Source of the DNA: Minutocellus sp. GHC0000111 | Lineage: Eukaryota | Direction of reading: 5' to 3' | DNA: 64,000 bases | NCBI GenBank assembly: GCA_977018835.1 | Contig: OZ361257.1 | Coordinates: forward strand, 868,001 to 932,000 | Shown: piece after piece, positions 45,401 to 58,421 of the stretch | Position numbering within the stretch: position 1 is the stretch's first letter | Layout of the letters: each line of letters starts with the position of its first letter | Program-made: the position numbers and the translations under genes | Notes under the pieces: model-generated | Told to the model about the DNA's origin: nothing | What the model saw: only the letters and a program-made list of their open reading frames with translations | Database searches by the model: none

Positions 45401-48400
45401 CTGGCTCTTTCGAAGGATGAAGGCTGGGAATCTGGCTAGGATCACTGGACGGTAAAATACTAGGCTGGTCAGAGAGCACATGCGATGGCGACGAGCTAGG
45501 CTCGCTCGACGGGTCGGCGCTTGGTGACAAGGTAGGAGAGCTGCTTGGCTGTATCGATGGCGATCTACTCGGTAAACTCGAGGGTAACTTAGATGGACTG
45601 GAGCTCGGATCGTCAGAGGGAGAGCTGCTGGGAATACTCGATGGCATGGAACTGGGTACCGTTGTTGCCTTGCTTATGCCAATGAATAAGGGCGACGAAA
45701 TAGTCAGAGTGTCTGCGCAATTATTTCCAACTGCGCCATGAATAAGACCATCTTCGCATTCAAGAGGCTTGCTGTATGATGCTGCGAGCATGTAGTTCGG
45801 GCAAGAAGGAAGTCCACTTGATCCTCCGGATAAGCCACTGCAGGGATACAGTGCCACAGTGCGATTGCTCTGTATCAATCGTTGAGAACTTGCTGGGACA
45901 GTAACAGACTCAAAAGTGGAACCTTCAACCAGAGAAAAATTGGGAGCTGAAGAATTAACAAATCCTTCCGCAGAAAATACCTCAACCAAAGGAACAATGT
46001 GATCAACAATATCATTGTTCATGATCCTGTATGAATAGATGAAATCTAACTCAACGAACTCCCCAACAAGGATCTCATTTGAATAAATACTACCCGCTGC
46101 AGCACAATGTACTCTTGTATTTTCGCCAGACGTTTCATTGACGAAAAAAAACATGCAGGAACTGCCTTCGAACGAAGGGCAGGTCTCAGAACAAGTAGGG
46201 GAACTACTAGGCTCAAGAGACGGTACGTCAGTTGGCTGTCCCGTCGGTACCTTCGAAGGCATCGACGATGGAGATGAGCTAGGCTCACTACTTGGATCAG
46301 ACGACGGCGACAAGCTAGGCATACTCGACGGTGACGAGCTGGGCTCACTGCTTGGCTCCGACGATGGATCCGAAGACGGATCACTGCTCGGCTCCGACGA
46401 CGGCGTACTCGACGGTGAGCTACTAGGCTCAAGAGACGGTACGTCAGTTGGCTGTCCCGTCGGTACCTTCGAAGGCATCGACGATGGAGATGAGCTAGGC
46501 TCACTGCTTGGATCAGACGACGGCGACAAGCTAGGCATGCTCGTCTTAGCTACTAAGCTAGGTGAGAGGTTGTCAGCTCACAGAAAGGAGGTGCAGTCAG
46601 CGCATTGCGAAGCAAGAGTAAAATCACTAGTCGACGAGAGGCCAAGAAACTGGGTTGGATGCCAGCAAGTCTCCTCAGCATGCTGAAGGGAACTGGTGAT
46701 ACTTCCGCCACTGAAGCAGCTGCAGCCTCCCCCAATGATGAAGGTTTAGGAGGAGCCGATGCTTCCGTTGTCTGTCCCACCTCCAGTGACATTGATGAAC
46801 AGGTAAAGGTCGCTCTCGGCCTCGACTTTGTTGTTCGGATGGCCAACGATGACATGCTCCGTCCTCCTCGTCCCAATGCAACCGTCACCGAACCAATATA
46901 CCAATCAGAAAAGAAAAGCAGGCGAACGAAAGAATGCGGTTCAGCGCCGTGGCTCTCGCGGATTGGTGGGGATACGGCGACCCAACTCGCACGTGTGAAG
47001 ACCGGCAACAAATTGCAACTGCCGCGTGTCGGCAAGTTTCGTGCGATCACGGTTATGCCAAGTCAACCGGTGGTTCTCAGCTTTACAAGTGGAGAGACCA
47101 GCTCTACAAAAGCCGTACTGATGGCATCAGCAATCCCATCGGCAGAAAGGAGGTTCGTGGAAGGAAGGCATACACGGACATGATCGAGGAGAAGGAGCCA
47201 GGATATCTCCGCGCGCTGCATCGGCATGCTACTCGGATGAAGGGTGCGATGGCAACCTTTAAGGAGCTAGCTGACTGCATGAGCGCAAAATCAGCTCCTC
47301 CAGATGAAGATAGGCTGACAATTAGTCTCCATCGTCTTCAGCGTTTTCGCTGGTGGTGGAAAAAGCAAGGCGGTAAGGAGAAGTCGTCGATCGAGAAGCC
47401 GAGGCTCACCCCCGAATATTGTAGGAAGCGACTTGATTGGATCGAAAAGTGGGAGGACATTACGACCGATCCCAACATTCCTGTAGCGTATCTTGCGCAT
47501 GGATAGACGCGAGGTTCGATCCAGAAGATACCCTGTCAAAGTTATGTATCTTGGAGTTGTTGGCTGACCAATGAAGGATGAAACCAAAGACGTTGATTTC
47601 AATGGGCGCATCATGATCAAGAGAGTCGCCAGGGAGCAGAAGGTGGAAAAGCTTACGCATAATCAGAATTTCTCTCCAGATGCTAAGGTCAACGATGCGC
47701 TAAAAAAATGACAAAGATTGGCGCGACATTTACGACGAGAATGCTGACATGACCGCCGGCCATCTTTGCGACCACATTGCCGAAATCTACGGCCTTTCTG
47801 AGTTTGTTACAGAGTGATTGGAACTTCAATACGAGGACTATAAATCCGACGGTCAGGCAAAAAGTCGCAAGCATGCCGCTGTTGGCTACAATCAAAAGAT
47901 CTCGAGTCTCAAGCGACACACTCCTGATAGCAATGGAGAGAAGGTGAAGGTTGAGATCGACGACCTTGAGCTCGGGGTGCGGTATCAACGGGGCAATAAG
48001 GTTACCAAGGACTGTAGCTGCGACTCCAAATGGATGTTGGAGACTATGAATGAGGTCGGGAAGGCGATTCGAGACGCACATCATTGGGTGAAGTGGGATC
48101 CACAAAATATTCAGGAGTCTGATGTTATATATCTTATGATGGACAATGCCGGCGGTCATGGGTCCAATGAAGCAGTTGAGAAGTACACCGAGGACCTCAA
48201 AAACAAATATAAGATTGAGATAATCCAGCAGGTTCCTCGGTCGCCCGAGACAAATGTTCTTGATCTCGGCATCTGGATGTCTTTGCAGTCGGCCGTCGAA
48301 AAGGAGCATCGCGGTCAGAAGAATGATGCGAATGCTCTTGACAAGACTGTGATGAAAGTATGGGCCAATGTCGCATCAAAAGAGGCCTTTCTCAATGTAT

Positions 48401-51400
48401 TTGGAAAACTTCCAGTGATATATAACAACATCAAGAGAAGTCGTGGCGGTAACAATCTTGTGGAGACCAGACGGGGAAAGGCTGGTCTCGCAAAAATTGC
48501 CGAGGAAGAAGCTGAAGAGGATGGTGAACCACTCTGGCCAATTGATGCTCCCGGCGAAGATGATGACATTGAGGACGACATAGATGAAAATGATGAAGAC
48601 GATGGAGTCATTGATTTGCTATAACTTATCATAGCATGTCCATTTCTATTCATTACATTTTGATTTGGTGGTTCCAAAAATGTATTTTGTCCCGGGGTGA
48701 GGAATGCAAATGTCGAAAAAAATCATCACATAATGTACATTTATTGGTTCTGGTGCACAATATCTCTCGACTATTTGTAGAAGTTGGTGACCATAACTTG
48801 GTTCTTGCCCCGACTTCCATCTTGGCCGTCATTTATTCCTCGGAGTTAGAAAAAGTGAGCTTGGATTTTTGGTCTGGTGTGGTCGTGTTTCTAATACGTC
48901 ATCATCACGTCACTTTCAAATCCTCTGAACTCGAAAGGTACGTCAGTTGGCTGTCCCGTCGGTACCTTCGAAGGCATCGACGATGGAGATGAGCTAGGCT
49001 CACTACTTGGATCAGACGACGGCGACAAGCTAGGCATACTTGATGGCTCAGAGCTCGGTACTGACGAAGGAGCAGGTGTCGGACCTCGATTTGGAGGGCT
49101 CGTAGTATCTGATGAAGGGTCTGTACTCGGCCTCGAAGACGGTACAAATGAAGGTCTATCGCTTGGCCCGTTCGTCGTGTCTAGATCTGGTGGCGGATTA
49201 ATAAATTGTGGAGGATCCTGGTCACCAACAACCACAATCGACACTGTAGCCTCATCCCTACCGCCTTTGCCATCCGAGATGGTGTAGGTAGCCGTCTCGA
49301 CGAACGTCTCACCGTCCCTCAGCCCGTCGGCATACTCCGAAGCGGAATAGGTCATGCCACCGGTCTCAGGATTGACCGTCATCTCGCTGCCTGAGGGGAA
49401 AGACACCGAAAACGTTGAGGATGGATTGCTGATCGGGCCAGTGCCATCACCCTTATCAAAACCAACGATGGTGAGCTTGTCCGTCTCCGGATCACTATCG
49501 TTGGGAGCAATAATGTTGGACGAAACGGAGGGATTGTCCGCAGTGACGCGATACGAATCATCCTCCGCCACGGGAGGATCGTTCTCACCCGTGATCTCGA
49601 TGCAAACCTCTGCCGATGCGGATGCTCCGACGACATCGCACACCAAGTACGTGAAGCATACTCCGGCGGTCTCGCCCACACCCAGACTCTCAAAGTCGCC
49701 GTTCGAGGTCGAGAAAGTGTAGCAGCCATCGCTGTTGATGGAAAGCGTGCCGCCCTCCGGCATCTGTCGAGGACCACCACCGACCGGAATCAAAGCACCG
49801 GAGGAGTCTACCACTCCGCCATCACAAAACGTGAGGCTATCACCCTTATCTGGATCCGAATCATTCTCGCTGCGCGCAGCCAAGGGAAAGCAATTATTGA
49901 GGGTCGATACATAAAGCATGACAGAGATTGAATGTGAGAACAAAGAAACAAAATATATGCACCAGGAGGATACCGGACCTCGATACGTCGACCATGGGCG
50001 GCTAGCACAATGCATGAATACATAAAGACATACATACATACAACGAGAAGACAGCACGAGAAAAGGCGAAGTTGTAACTCACAAGACACAGTCCGAGACA
50101 TCATTGCCCTCCGGCACAGTCTCGCTGTCATCCTCGGGGACAGGCGGATCATTCTGGCCAACAACGGTGAAGGTGACTGTCGCAATGTCCGTTCCGCCGT
50201 CGGGATCTCGGATGGTGTAGACAAAGGTATCCAACAAGCTTGATGACACGTTCCGGAGCCTTGCCACCTTGTTCTGCTCTGGAGTGTAAATGACCTCGCC
50301 AGTGATGGGATCCAATGTTGCACTTCCATTCTCCAACGTGATGGTGACCAGACCAGTATCAGGGTCAATTGACTGAGGAATGCCTCAAGGTCCGTTAGGA
50401 ATGACTTCCGTAATGACAAGCTCACCTAATTCACCATCAGGGTCACTGTCGTTCTCCAGGATCTGACCAACAATAGTACCGCCACCAGCTTTGAGCTGAT
50501 CGACCGTCCGGGCGTAGGAGTTGTCCTCGGCAATTGGAGGTACATTGATCGGTTCAATAGATGGCACAGAACTCGGCCTGGAAGACGGAGAAATTGTCGT
50601 TGCCTTAGTTGGATCACCTGTCGCAGTTGGGCCAGGCGGAGGGGAACTAATACCCTGAGGAAGTCCAGGCGGACGGGTGTCTCCGCTAATGGTAATGGCC
50701 ACCGTCGCCATCGCAGTTTCGCCATTTGCGTCAACTACTCGGTAGGTAAAGGTCTCCACAAAAGTATCTCCGGCCGGAGTATTCGCGATAACCGCGGTCG
50801 CATCATACTCCATTAGGCCGGATGCAGAATCTATTGTCACAATTCCACCACTTGGGAACGTGGCAGAAATAGTCCCCCCTTTAGGTGTAATGTCGGTTAA
50901 GCCTCCGCCCACACCACTTGGAATGGTAATCATTGCGATGCTGACAATTTCACCGTTGTCGTTGGCTGATATTCACAAATAATTTCGAAGGAAGGGAATG
51001 AATTGGACGCTAGAATGTGAGTACGGCGTATTTCACACTGAATACACGCAAAGCTTTGCAAGAATAAAGAAATATAAACTCACCAATGATATTTCCAGTA
51101 ACCAGTGGATCTTCGTCGGCATTGTACTCATCATTTTCCGCCTTGAGAGGAAATAGATCCGGCGGAGGGGGTGAAAGCCCCGGATCCTCTGGTTCCTTGC
51201 ACCGATTGGGCAACTTATCCACCAACGTGTCGTAGTCCTTGTCGTTCTCTGGCAACTCCTTTGGACATTCGGGATCGGGAGGCGGTTCCAAATGGCTGCA
51301 AAGGTAGTAGTCATCAGGAAGGATCTGGTGGTTGGTAGAGGTACATATTGGCTTCACGTCCACATTGATAAGTTGCAGGCCGACAGGTGTCGATGTGGGC

Positions 51401-53021
51401 GGCCTCGCAGTCCCTTTGGAATTACCCTGAAGGTCGCGACGGGCACCGTCGAAGGAATCGTTAAGGTCGCGTCCCTCGTCGTCAGCGAAGTCAGAATCAG
51501 CATCGAATGAGACCTCCTCAGCGACATAGTCCGATTCACCCTCCAGAAGATTGCGTGGACGTCCATCTCGATGCTTCTTGTAGGTATTGTAGTCATCGCT
51601 CGACGATCCACTTCTCCCACCACCGCCATCAGCCTGGGTACGGTACGTCGACGCATATCCACCCTTGCCCTTACCACCGCCGAAGTTGTTGTCAATGGGG
51701 AGAGGCGGCAATCTCTTTTGACCGGAAGGTCTTTCTTCGTTCTCCTCGGCATCGGCAGGTCGTGTCACAATCATACTTGGCGGCGCAGGAAATTTGCAGG
51801 TGAAGGACTCGCGGCAAACATAGTCGGGTTGATCGGCACAGAGGGCAGGACAGACAAACTTCATGTCCTTACAGAGATCATGATCTTCGGGAAGGATGTA
51901 GAGCTTGTCCTCGACATCGCCGGGCGAAACGAGCTTAGGGCCGCCTCCGCCCTTGGACTGCTCGGCGGCACGACGGTTGCCATCGTTGTCGTCGTTGCCC
52001 TTCCTACCAAATCCACCCCGCTTTGCAGACCAACCCTTGAGCCAATTCTTTGTCTTCTGGACGTTGGGGGCAGGGTTGGCAGGGGAAAAGGTAGTCTGCT
52101 GCTTCATGCTTATACTCTCGGGGATATCAGTCGTCTGCACATTTCCCCCGGGTAGGCACAGCGCCAACGGAGGCGAGTATCGGCAGCGATAGGAGGACCA
52201 GAGACCATCTGAGGCCCATCGTCTTCGTCCTCGCTGATCTCGGCTTCCGATTGACCACCCTTGGAATCGGACTGCTGATGTCCAGACAAGTCCAAATCGG
52301 GTCGATGCTTGTGCCGCTCCCTTGGCGCATCTCGCTCAATTCGGCTGGTGGAGTCGTCCTGACTTGCACCAACAAGCTCGTCATCACCTGAATACTGGGT
52401 CCTGCTGGAAGCCCGATCGGCAAATTTCTTGTCCTCGCTGCTGCTGGAAGCATCGCCCTCCCGATCCTGAATGGCATGTTGCGAGTTCTGGGCAGAGCCC
52501 ACATTGGGCCGATGCTTGTGCCGCTCCCTTGGCGCATCTCGCTCAATTCGGCTGGTGGAGTCTTCCTGACTTGCACCAACAAGCTCGTCATGACCAGAAT
52601 TCCGAACTCGATCGGTAGTTCTGTCAGCAAAAGCTTTATCTTCGCTGCTGCTGCCGCCGAATGGACTATCCTCTCGATCCTGGATGGGGTACGGCAGAGT
52701 AGTTTTGGGGGCCTTTTCCCGATTTTTCTTCTGCTGCTCCTTCTTCCGCTGAACCTGCTGAGCTCGGTCGGCGAGGGATTGGCCACGCTTGCGTCGCCGT
52801 CTTCGTCGACCCCGACGTCGTTGCATACGGAGCCGGAGCTCCTTCTTGGTGAGGACCGTTCCCTTCTTATTTGCACCCTTGTACTTTCGCTCCTTGGTTT
52901 GGACGTATTCGCGCTGGACTAGTCTGCGTCCCTCTTCATTGGCTGCAGCTGCAGCGGGGCCGAAGACATAGAGAAGGAGGGACAAAAAGAGAAGGATCAC
53001 TCCACGCCGAGAGGGCACCAT
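42438..53021 (-). pseudogene. Very large multi-exon secreted adhesin/cell-surface-like gene (cadherin/Ig-like repeats, PS-rich repeats, Cys-rich repeats), disrupted by a transposon and frameshifts
   Basis: Signal peptide MVPSRRGVILLFLSLL..AAA; repeated PP.AEDD...NDSDP...TF.Y...D..G; PSSEPSSMPS repeats; duplicated Cys modules. Frame breaks near 52175 and 50385, insertion at 46544-48936. Confidence 0.75.
46544..48936 (+). mobile_element. Degenerate IS630-Tc1-mariner transposon, DD39D type
   Basis: KPRLT...RL.W, KVMYLGVV, MDNAGGHG and PRSPETNVLDLG, with 39 residues between the last two Asp. Multiple stops and frameshifts. No clear TIRs. Confidence 0.85.
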
Positions 53022-54146
53022 ACTCCACCGAGGGCCGAGAGGGAGCTTCGCGGTCGCAGGCACGGCACCCGGCGGCCAGAGTATTGATGGCCGCAGCAGC
53101 TCCGAGTCGAGTCCGTCTGATAATGAAATGTGACGAATTCAGCAGTCGTCCAGTCGAAAAAGAAAAAGTCGAGCCCGAGTCCGAGCACGACAGTGTTGGA
53201 AATGATTTCGACGGATGCAAAACATTTTGAGCAATATGTGTGAGTGATGTATACTTGATACGGATCATAGCAAGTGGAATGTGGATTGGCCCCGGCTCCC
53301 CGCATCGATCAAACAACTCGCTACGTAGCTGTCATGCATGAGTTACATAACACAAAAAGACGCCTGCCTCTGCTTTTTGTGTACGGTCGTATCGTATATG
53401 GGAAGGAAGGTCATCGATTCAGATCGACACCGCATGCCGAGGCCATTTCTACAGACGATGTTCGAATGTTTGCGTATGCACGCATGAAACGCATGCGCAT
53501 GCATGCGTGCATACTCACATTCACAACGCTCGGTGATCACCATGACATACTTCAACAGCCAGACATATGGCAAAAGACGCCGCGCCGTGCATCCTCCGAG
53601 AAAACTTACCGACCGGCACGCTTCTTCTGCTTCTCGATCTCGATGAGAAAGACGCACTGCAAAGTGGCAGGATACTATTGATGGGTTGAGAGCAAGGCAA
53701 TCGATTGCTGTGAATCAACTCATCAACTAACTCGTTCACAAGCAAACTCAATAATAATGACCCCTTACACCCTGTGAGTGGCTGTCCAACGCTTGTCGTT
53801 CTTTCTTGAGAACTCCAGAGAACACCATCTCAAGAAATCTGTCACAAGGCAATTTTTCTTTGGAATAAAACAAGCGGGAAAGAGGGCTCGTAGATCCACG
53901 TCATACAATCTCAAAAGAAGATGCCTTTCACCTTCTGGACTCTGGGTATGACCCCACAAAAACCACCGAATTAGATAACTCTGACACAAACGAATGGGAA
54001 ATCGAATGAATGGATCAAATTGGTAGATCTATGATCTATGGACTGTGATACAGGACACAGAGTCTTCCTAGCTAGATCTAGCTACGTAGCTACCATGGTA
54101 CATGTACTAGCTAGAACTATATGTAAAACTCTATGTCTCCACAACT

Positions 54147-55397
54147 CTACATAAACCGCATTACACTGGCTCTCAATGCAACATCCGGGGACGAATGCAA
54201 AACGTCCACATCTCGGTAGAAAATGATTTCTTTCCCTTTGGAAAATGTTGGACGAACAATAAACCTTTCTTCCACCTCCAGTGATGGATAAACAATGGGT
54301 TCATTGGTCGGATGCTCTTCCAATGCAAATCGTTCTCTTTCCAGCTTGATGCAATGGCTAAACACACCGACATTGTCGTGATCATCCTCTTGAGGGAAAC
54401 CAAGCAGGACTGTCATCGTTGTACCATTAGGAGATCGTCCCGTGTCTTGGTGCCATGAATGTGGAATTCGCCTGTCTTGCACGCCAACAATATCAATCCA
54501 ATGCGTAGAAGGATTGGACCCACAAAGCGCGCCGATTGTGTCCATCATCTGATCTCCCGTTGGAGCCCCTTCTCCCAGATATTTCGAGAGTACTTGTGTC
54601 AGTCTCTTCATGCGGTGATCTGTACCAGTACATGTGTCTCCCTCGCCATTGGTGCTATCGGTGGAACCCTTTCTTTCCCATCGTCCACCTTGGCATTTCC
54701 AAGAGCCCTGAAGAATTGAATCAGGCAACAGCAGCATCTTTCTGGCCTTCTCGGACATCTGAAAGTATGCTGGAGTTGAGTCGAAGATATCCTCTCTCAT
54801 AGCAGACCTCAAATCCGCCCTAAATTCACTCGAGGAGGCAAACGTGTCAGAAAACGATAGCCCAGGGAAAAGGACATCCAGGGAAATTGTCTTGATATGA
54901 TCGTGAGAAATAATATTTCCATTTTCCCCAGGCGCAGCTGCCTCGGGCAATGGAAACACGGGAGCATCCTCATTGGGTCTTTGCATGGCTATTTCAGTCC
55001 TTCCATCCACAAATGGTCTGGCCTCCTCCTTACGATGGTCATATTGATGCGGAGCACGCTTGGTGGCGACGGCATACTGTCCTGGGACTGGTGCTGGTGT
55101 CCGACGACGCCCTGTACCTGCCGTCGACTTTGCTGGCCGCCTTCTACCCAAGGTTGATGCAGACGATGATCGCCGCCGACGAGAAGCGAATGTACCGGGA
55201 TCTGCTTTGGGACCAGACATGACCTCCAAAGGGCTGCCTGCCTGCGATGATTCAGCACCATCATTGTCATTTGCCATGGAAACCACCAGGGCAATGTGTG
55301 GAGACGAACCGAAGAGAGCATTCCTCGGAGCGAATGCATCAACGAACAAAGAGCAGCAAATGACGACAAGCAACGCGAGGTACATAATGGCTGCCAT
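54147..55397 (-). CDS. Plastid-targeted hypothetical protein, possible 2OG-Fe(II)/cupin-type HxD...H fold
   Basis: Signal peptide ends VDA-FAP. Motifs SWHQDTG and VLHSSPD..R. Confidence 0.7.
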   Translation of the reverse strand: MAAIMYLALLVVICCSLFVDAFAPRNALFGSSPHIALVVSMANDNDGAESSQAGSPLEVMSGPKADPGTFASRRRRSSSASTLGRRRPAKSTAGTGRRRTPAPVPGQYAVATKRAPHQYDHRKEEARPFVDGRTEIAMQRPNEDAPVFPLPEAAAPGENGNIISHDHIKTISLDVLFPGLSFSDTFASSSEFRADLRSAMREDIFDSTPAYFQMSEKARKMLLLPDSILQGSWKCQGGRWERKGSTDSTNGEGDTCTGTDHRMKRLTQVLSKYLGEGAPTGDQMMDTIGALCGSNPSTHWIDIVGVQDRRIPHSWHQDTGRSPNGTTMTVLLGFPQEDDHDNVGVFSHCIKLERERFALEEHPTNEPIVYPSLEVEERFIVRPTFSKGKEIIFYRDVDVLHSSPDVALRASVMRFM

Positions 55398-55686
55398 TGT
55401 GTTCGTTGGCTACAACTTGAATCTTTCGGAGGATACGGCTTCTTGTTACTACGTAGCTCTAGCTAGCTAGCAAGTAGGGAGGTAGCAACAGTATGTTCAA
55501 GGACGAGCTCGGACACTGTACGAGTATGTCGGCAACAATGATATGAGCAATGAGCGAAGCCAATTTTGCTGCTTTGGCATGGCTGTGCGTGCCGCGGCCG
55601 TGGTGTAGCGCCGGTGTGTGCGGTAGACACCCAGTGAAGACGTCAGTGAGATTACATAGCGCTGGTACTAGCTAGTAAGGTCATAC

Positions 55687-56644
55687 ATGCAGAACATGCG
55701 CCGCCCAGTTATCGTCGTCGTTGCGGCTGCTGCTGCAACACTATCATCATGTTGCCTTGGATATGAGCCAGGTTCGCCACCACCAGTACGAGTACGGAGC
55801 CGAAGATCCATCCTTTCTGATGCCGCCCTTGCGACCGCAACTTCTTTTGGCATGCCCAATGTGTCAAGGGCTGCTGCCGCAGCAGCGTCTGCGACGCCTA
55901 TTGCGGATCGCCTGGATGCAACAAGCCTGAAGCTACCACCTCCATCCATGGGGTCAGAGGTGAACGGCATCGACAATTTTTATTTCGTCGAATGGTTGGA
56001 AGGGGAATGGGACGTAACGCAAACATTGAGGAGAGCGGAAACGCCTCTCGGCCTGAAATTCGTTGGAGGACCAAACGGATCGGAGGCCATTGCCACCAAG
56101 TCCATGGAAGAACAACGGCGGCAGATTGACGTGCCGGTGAATCTAAGGTTACGGTTCAAGAAGACAAAATTTGGTGTCGCGGAAGATCGCCTGTTTAATA
56201 CCAAGAGTAGGTTGGATATCTTTGCTGGTCGATCCGTCGTTGCCTCATGCGAGTATGCCGACGTTGGGGGGTCTAACCGCAAAAGATACTGATGACGACC
56301 CCTTGCAAACCACTGTAACGCGCTTCAAAGGTCCAGCAGCACAAAAGGTTTTCGTCGTGGCCCATGCCGAAGAGCCAGACCCCAACAACAGGAATCTCTG
56401 GTCTGGCCGAGAGGTGTTGCGGACCATATTTGCCTTGACAAACCAAAATACGGCACCACCAGTTACGACGGATACCGAAAATATATGGCAATTCGAGAGG
56501 CTGGACGATGAAAGTAATACGGTGAAAGCACGCTTACGCATCGCTAGTTATCTCAATGCACAGACTGACTCGCTCTATTTTGATGCCAAAAATAGGGCAG
56601 TGTCTTTCGCAGATTACGATCTATTGATGACGAGAGTGTCGTAG
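55687..56644 (+). pseudogene. Putative plastid (thylakoid-lumen) protein, frameshifted near 56280
   Basis: Signal peptide, then RR plus a hydrophobic Ala stretch (Tat-like). WLEGEWDV in frame 1 continues as DPLQTT...YDL in another frame. Confidence 0.55.
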
Positions 56645-57134
56645 CACATCCATGCCATTGCATTGTGAGTGGCATGCTGCTGGTGGTACCGGCATGGTGG
56701 ACGTACGTGCTGGTTTTGCACATCCTTTTTTGTATCGGTTGACTGACTACTGTAAAATCGCCTTGATGATGTCCACCCGAAGAGTAAGAGATTAGATCAA
56801 GCTGATGAGTTACTGAGAAGCAGTAAGGGCTCACTTTCTGCAAAACATTTACATGTATTTCTCTTCTCCTGCTCGGGGGCATCATGCTAACGAGCCGCAG
56901 GGCGCAGCAGCAGCAGCAGCAGGGTGTGCGTGCATGCATGCCTCCCCCCCCGGCGCCAGTGCAAGTCCACGATGCATTTTATTTGCTTTTGCATGCATTC
57001 CGCCCGTACCGGGGTACGCGTAGTTCCGTACGTACAAGCCTCGTCGCAACGTCCAGCACCACTCTCACCAGCCACAAACAACCAGTGACCCACGCATACA
57101 GGCAGCAGGAACAAACCTGCAGCCAAACGGCAAC

Positions 57135-58250
57135 ATGAACAAGTCGGCGTCCAGCAACACAACAGATGATACTGGAAACTCTCTTGAAGGCGACGCCTTC
57201 AAGAGAGTTCAAACGAGGCATCGGAAGTCGTCGCACATACTCACAGACGAGGTCATTGATTTTCGACGGCCTTCGGACTCTCGCGTGATCCCTGTCAGCA
57301 ACAGCACCATCGGCCTGGCTCCATCGTCGCCACGGTTATACGGTCTCTCAACCCACCCTGGATTTGTCTTTGCACCGGCATGCCTATCTCCGGACTTCCA
57401 GGAGCGTCTGGCATATCAATCCTTATCGCAATACTGCGAACACCCTCATCGAACGAACATTGACCTTGTGCCGATCAAACCAGACACGGAGGAAGACGAT
57501 GACCAGCGCATTTGGGACATCTGGAAAGCAATGCATGACTTTGATGGTCAGGAGGAAAGAGGGAAGAAGAGACATAGAAAAGAGGACACAGGGACAAACA
57601 CGCCAACAGACAAAGCGAAGCAATTGAAACCTTATCGCTCACCGAAAAAACTGTCTTGGGCCACGATGGGTTATCATTATGATTGGACAAACAGAACTTA
57701 CACTGAAGCGGCTCAATCAGAAATGCCAATAGAGCTTCAACAGCTATCAGAAGAATTGTTAAAGATGCTTCCCAAGTGCGGATCGTTCAAAGCATCTGCT
57801 GCAATTGTCAACTATTACAATCACAAGAGTTTGATGCGAGGGCACAGGGATGAGCTAGAATATGACTTTACGAAGCCGGTAATTAGTATGTCCCTTGGGC
57901 TGAGCGCAATCTTTCTACTCGGGGGAAAGACGAGAGAGGAGCCTCCTGTACCACTACTCATACGTCCAGGCGATGTAATGTTCCTTGCCAGCGAAAGTCG
58001 CCTCGCTTATCACGGTATGGCCAAGGTTGTTCCAAACGAACCCGAATACGACGCGTCGCACGGTGGTATGCACAGAAACAGTGAAATATCCTTCTCGCTG
58101 AATTCACAGCTTCCAAGCATTCCAGAAAGTGAGCGTTTGGCTGTGAAGGCCTTTCTATTGAGCCATCGCATCAATATCAATCTCCGTCAAGTCCTTCCCG
58201 ATGGTGTGAACTGTATCTCTGACCTTCAAACAAAAGAGGTCGGGTTATAA
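57135..58250 (+). CDS. ALKBH1: AlkB homolog 1 nucleic acid dioxygenase
   Basis: KLSWATMGYHYDWT.R.Y, AAIVNYY, GHRD, SLGLSAIFLLGG, GDV, RLAYHG and RININLRQV. Confidence 0.9.
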   Translation: MNKSASSNTTDDTGNSLEGDAFKRVQTRHRKSSHILTDEVIDFRRPSDSRVIPVSNSTIGLAPSSPRLYGLSTHPGFVFAPACLSPDFQERLAYQSLSQYCEHPHRTNIDLVPIKPDTEEDDDQRIWDIWKAMHDFDGQEERGKKRHRKEDTGTNTPTDKAKQLKPYRSPKKLSWATMGYHYDWTNRTYTEAAQSEMPIELQQLSEELLKMLPKCGSFKASAAIVNYYNHKSLMRGHRDELEYDFTKPVISMSLGLSAIFLLGGKTREEPPVPLLIRPGDVMFLASESRLAYHGMAKVVPNEPEYDASHGGMHRNSEISFSLNSQLPSIPESERLAVKAFLLSHRININLRQVLPDGVNCISDLQTKEVGL

Positions 58251-58311
58251 TAAAGATTGATAAAACACCATAAAGAAATGCTGAGTCGATGCACCCCATT
58301 TATGTTTTATC

Positions 58312-58403
58312 ATTGCTAGATAGACTGTTGGCACTAATTAAGGAAGGTAGGGAGTCTATTGCTAGATAGACTGTTGGCACTAATTAAGGAAGGTAGGGAG
58401 TCT
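58312..58403. repeat. Perfect 46-bp tandem duplication
   Basis: ATTGCTAGATAGACTGTTGGCACTAATTAAGGAAGGTAGGGAGTCT occurs twice. Confidence 0.9.
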
Positions 58404-58421
58404 ATCTAGGCTAGAGAGTAG

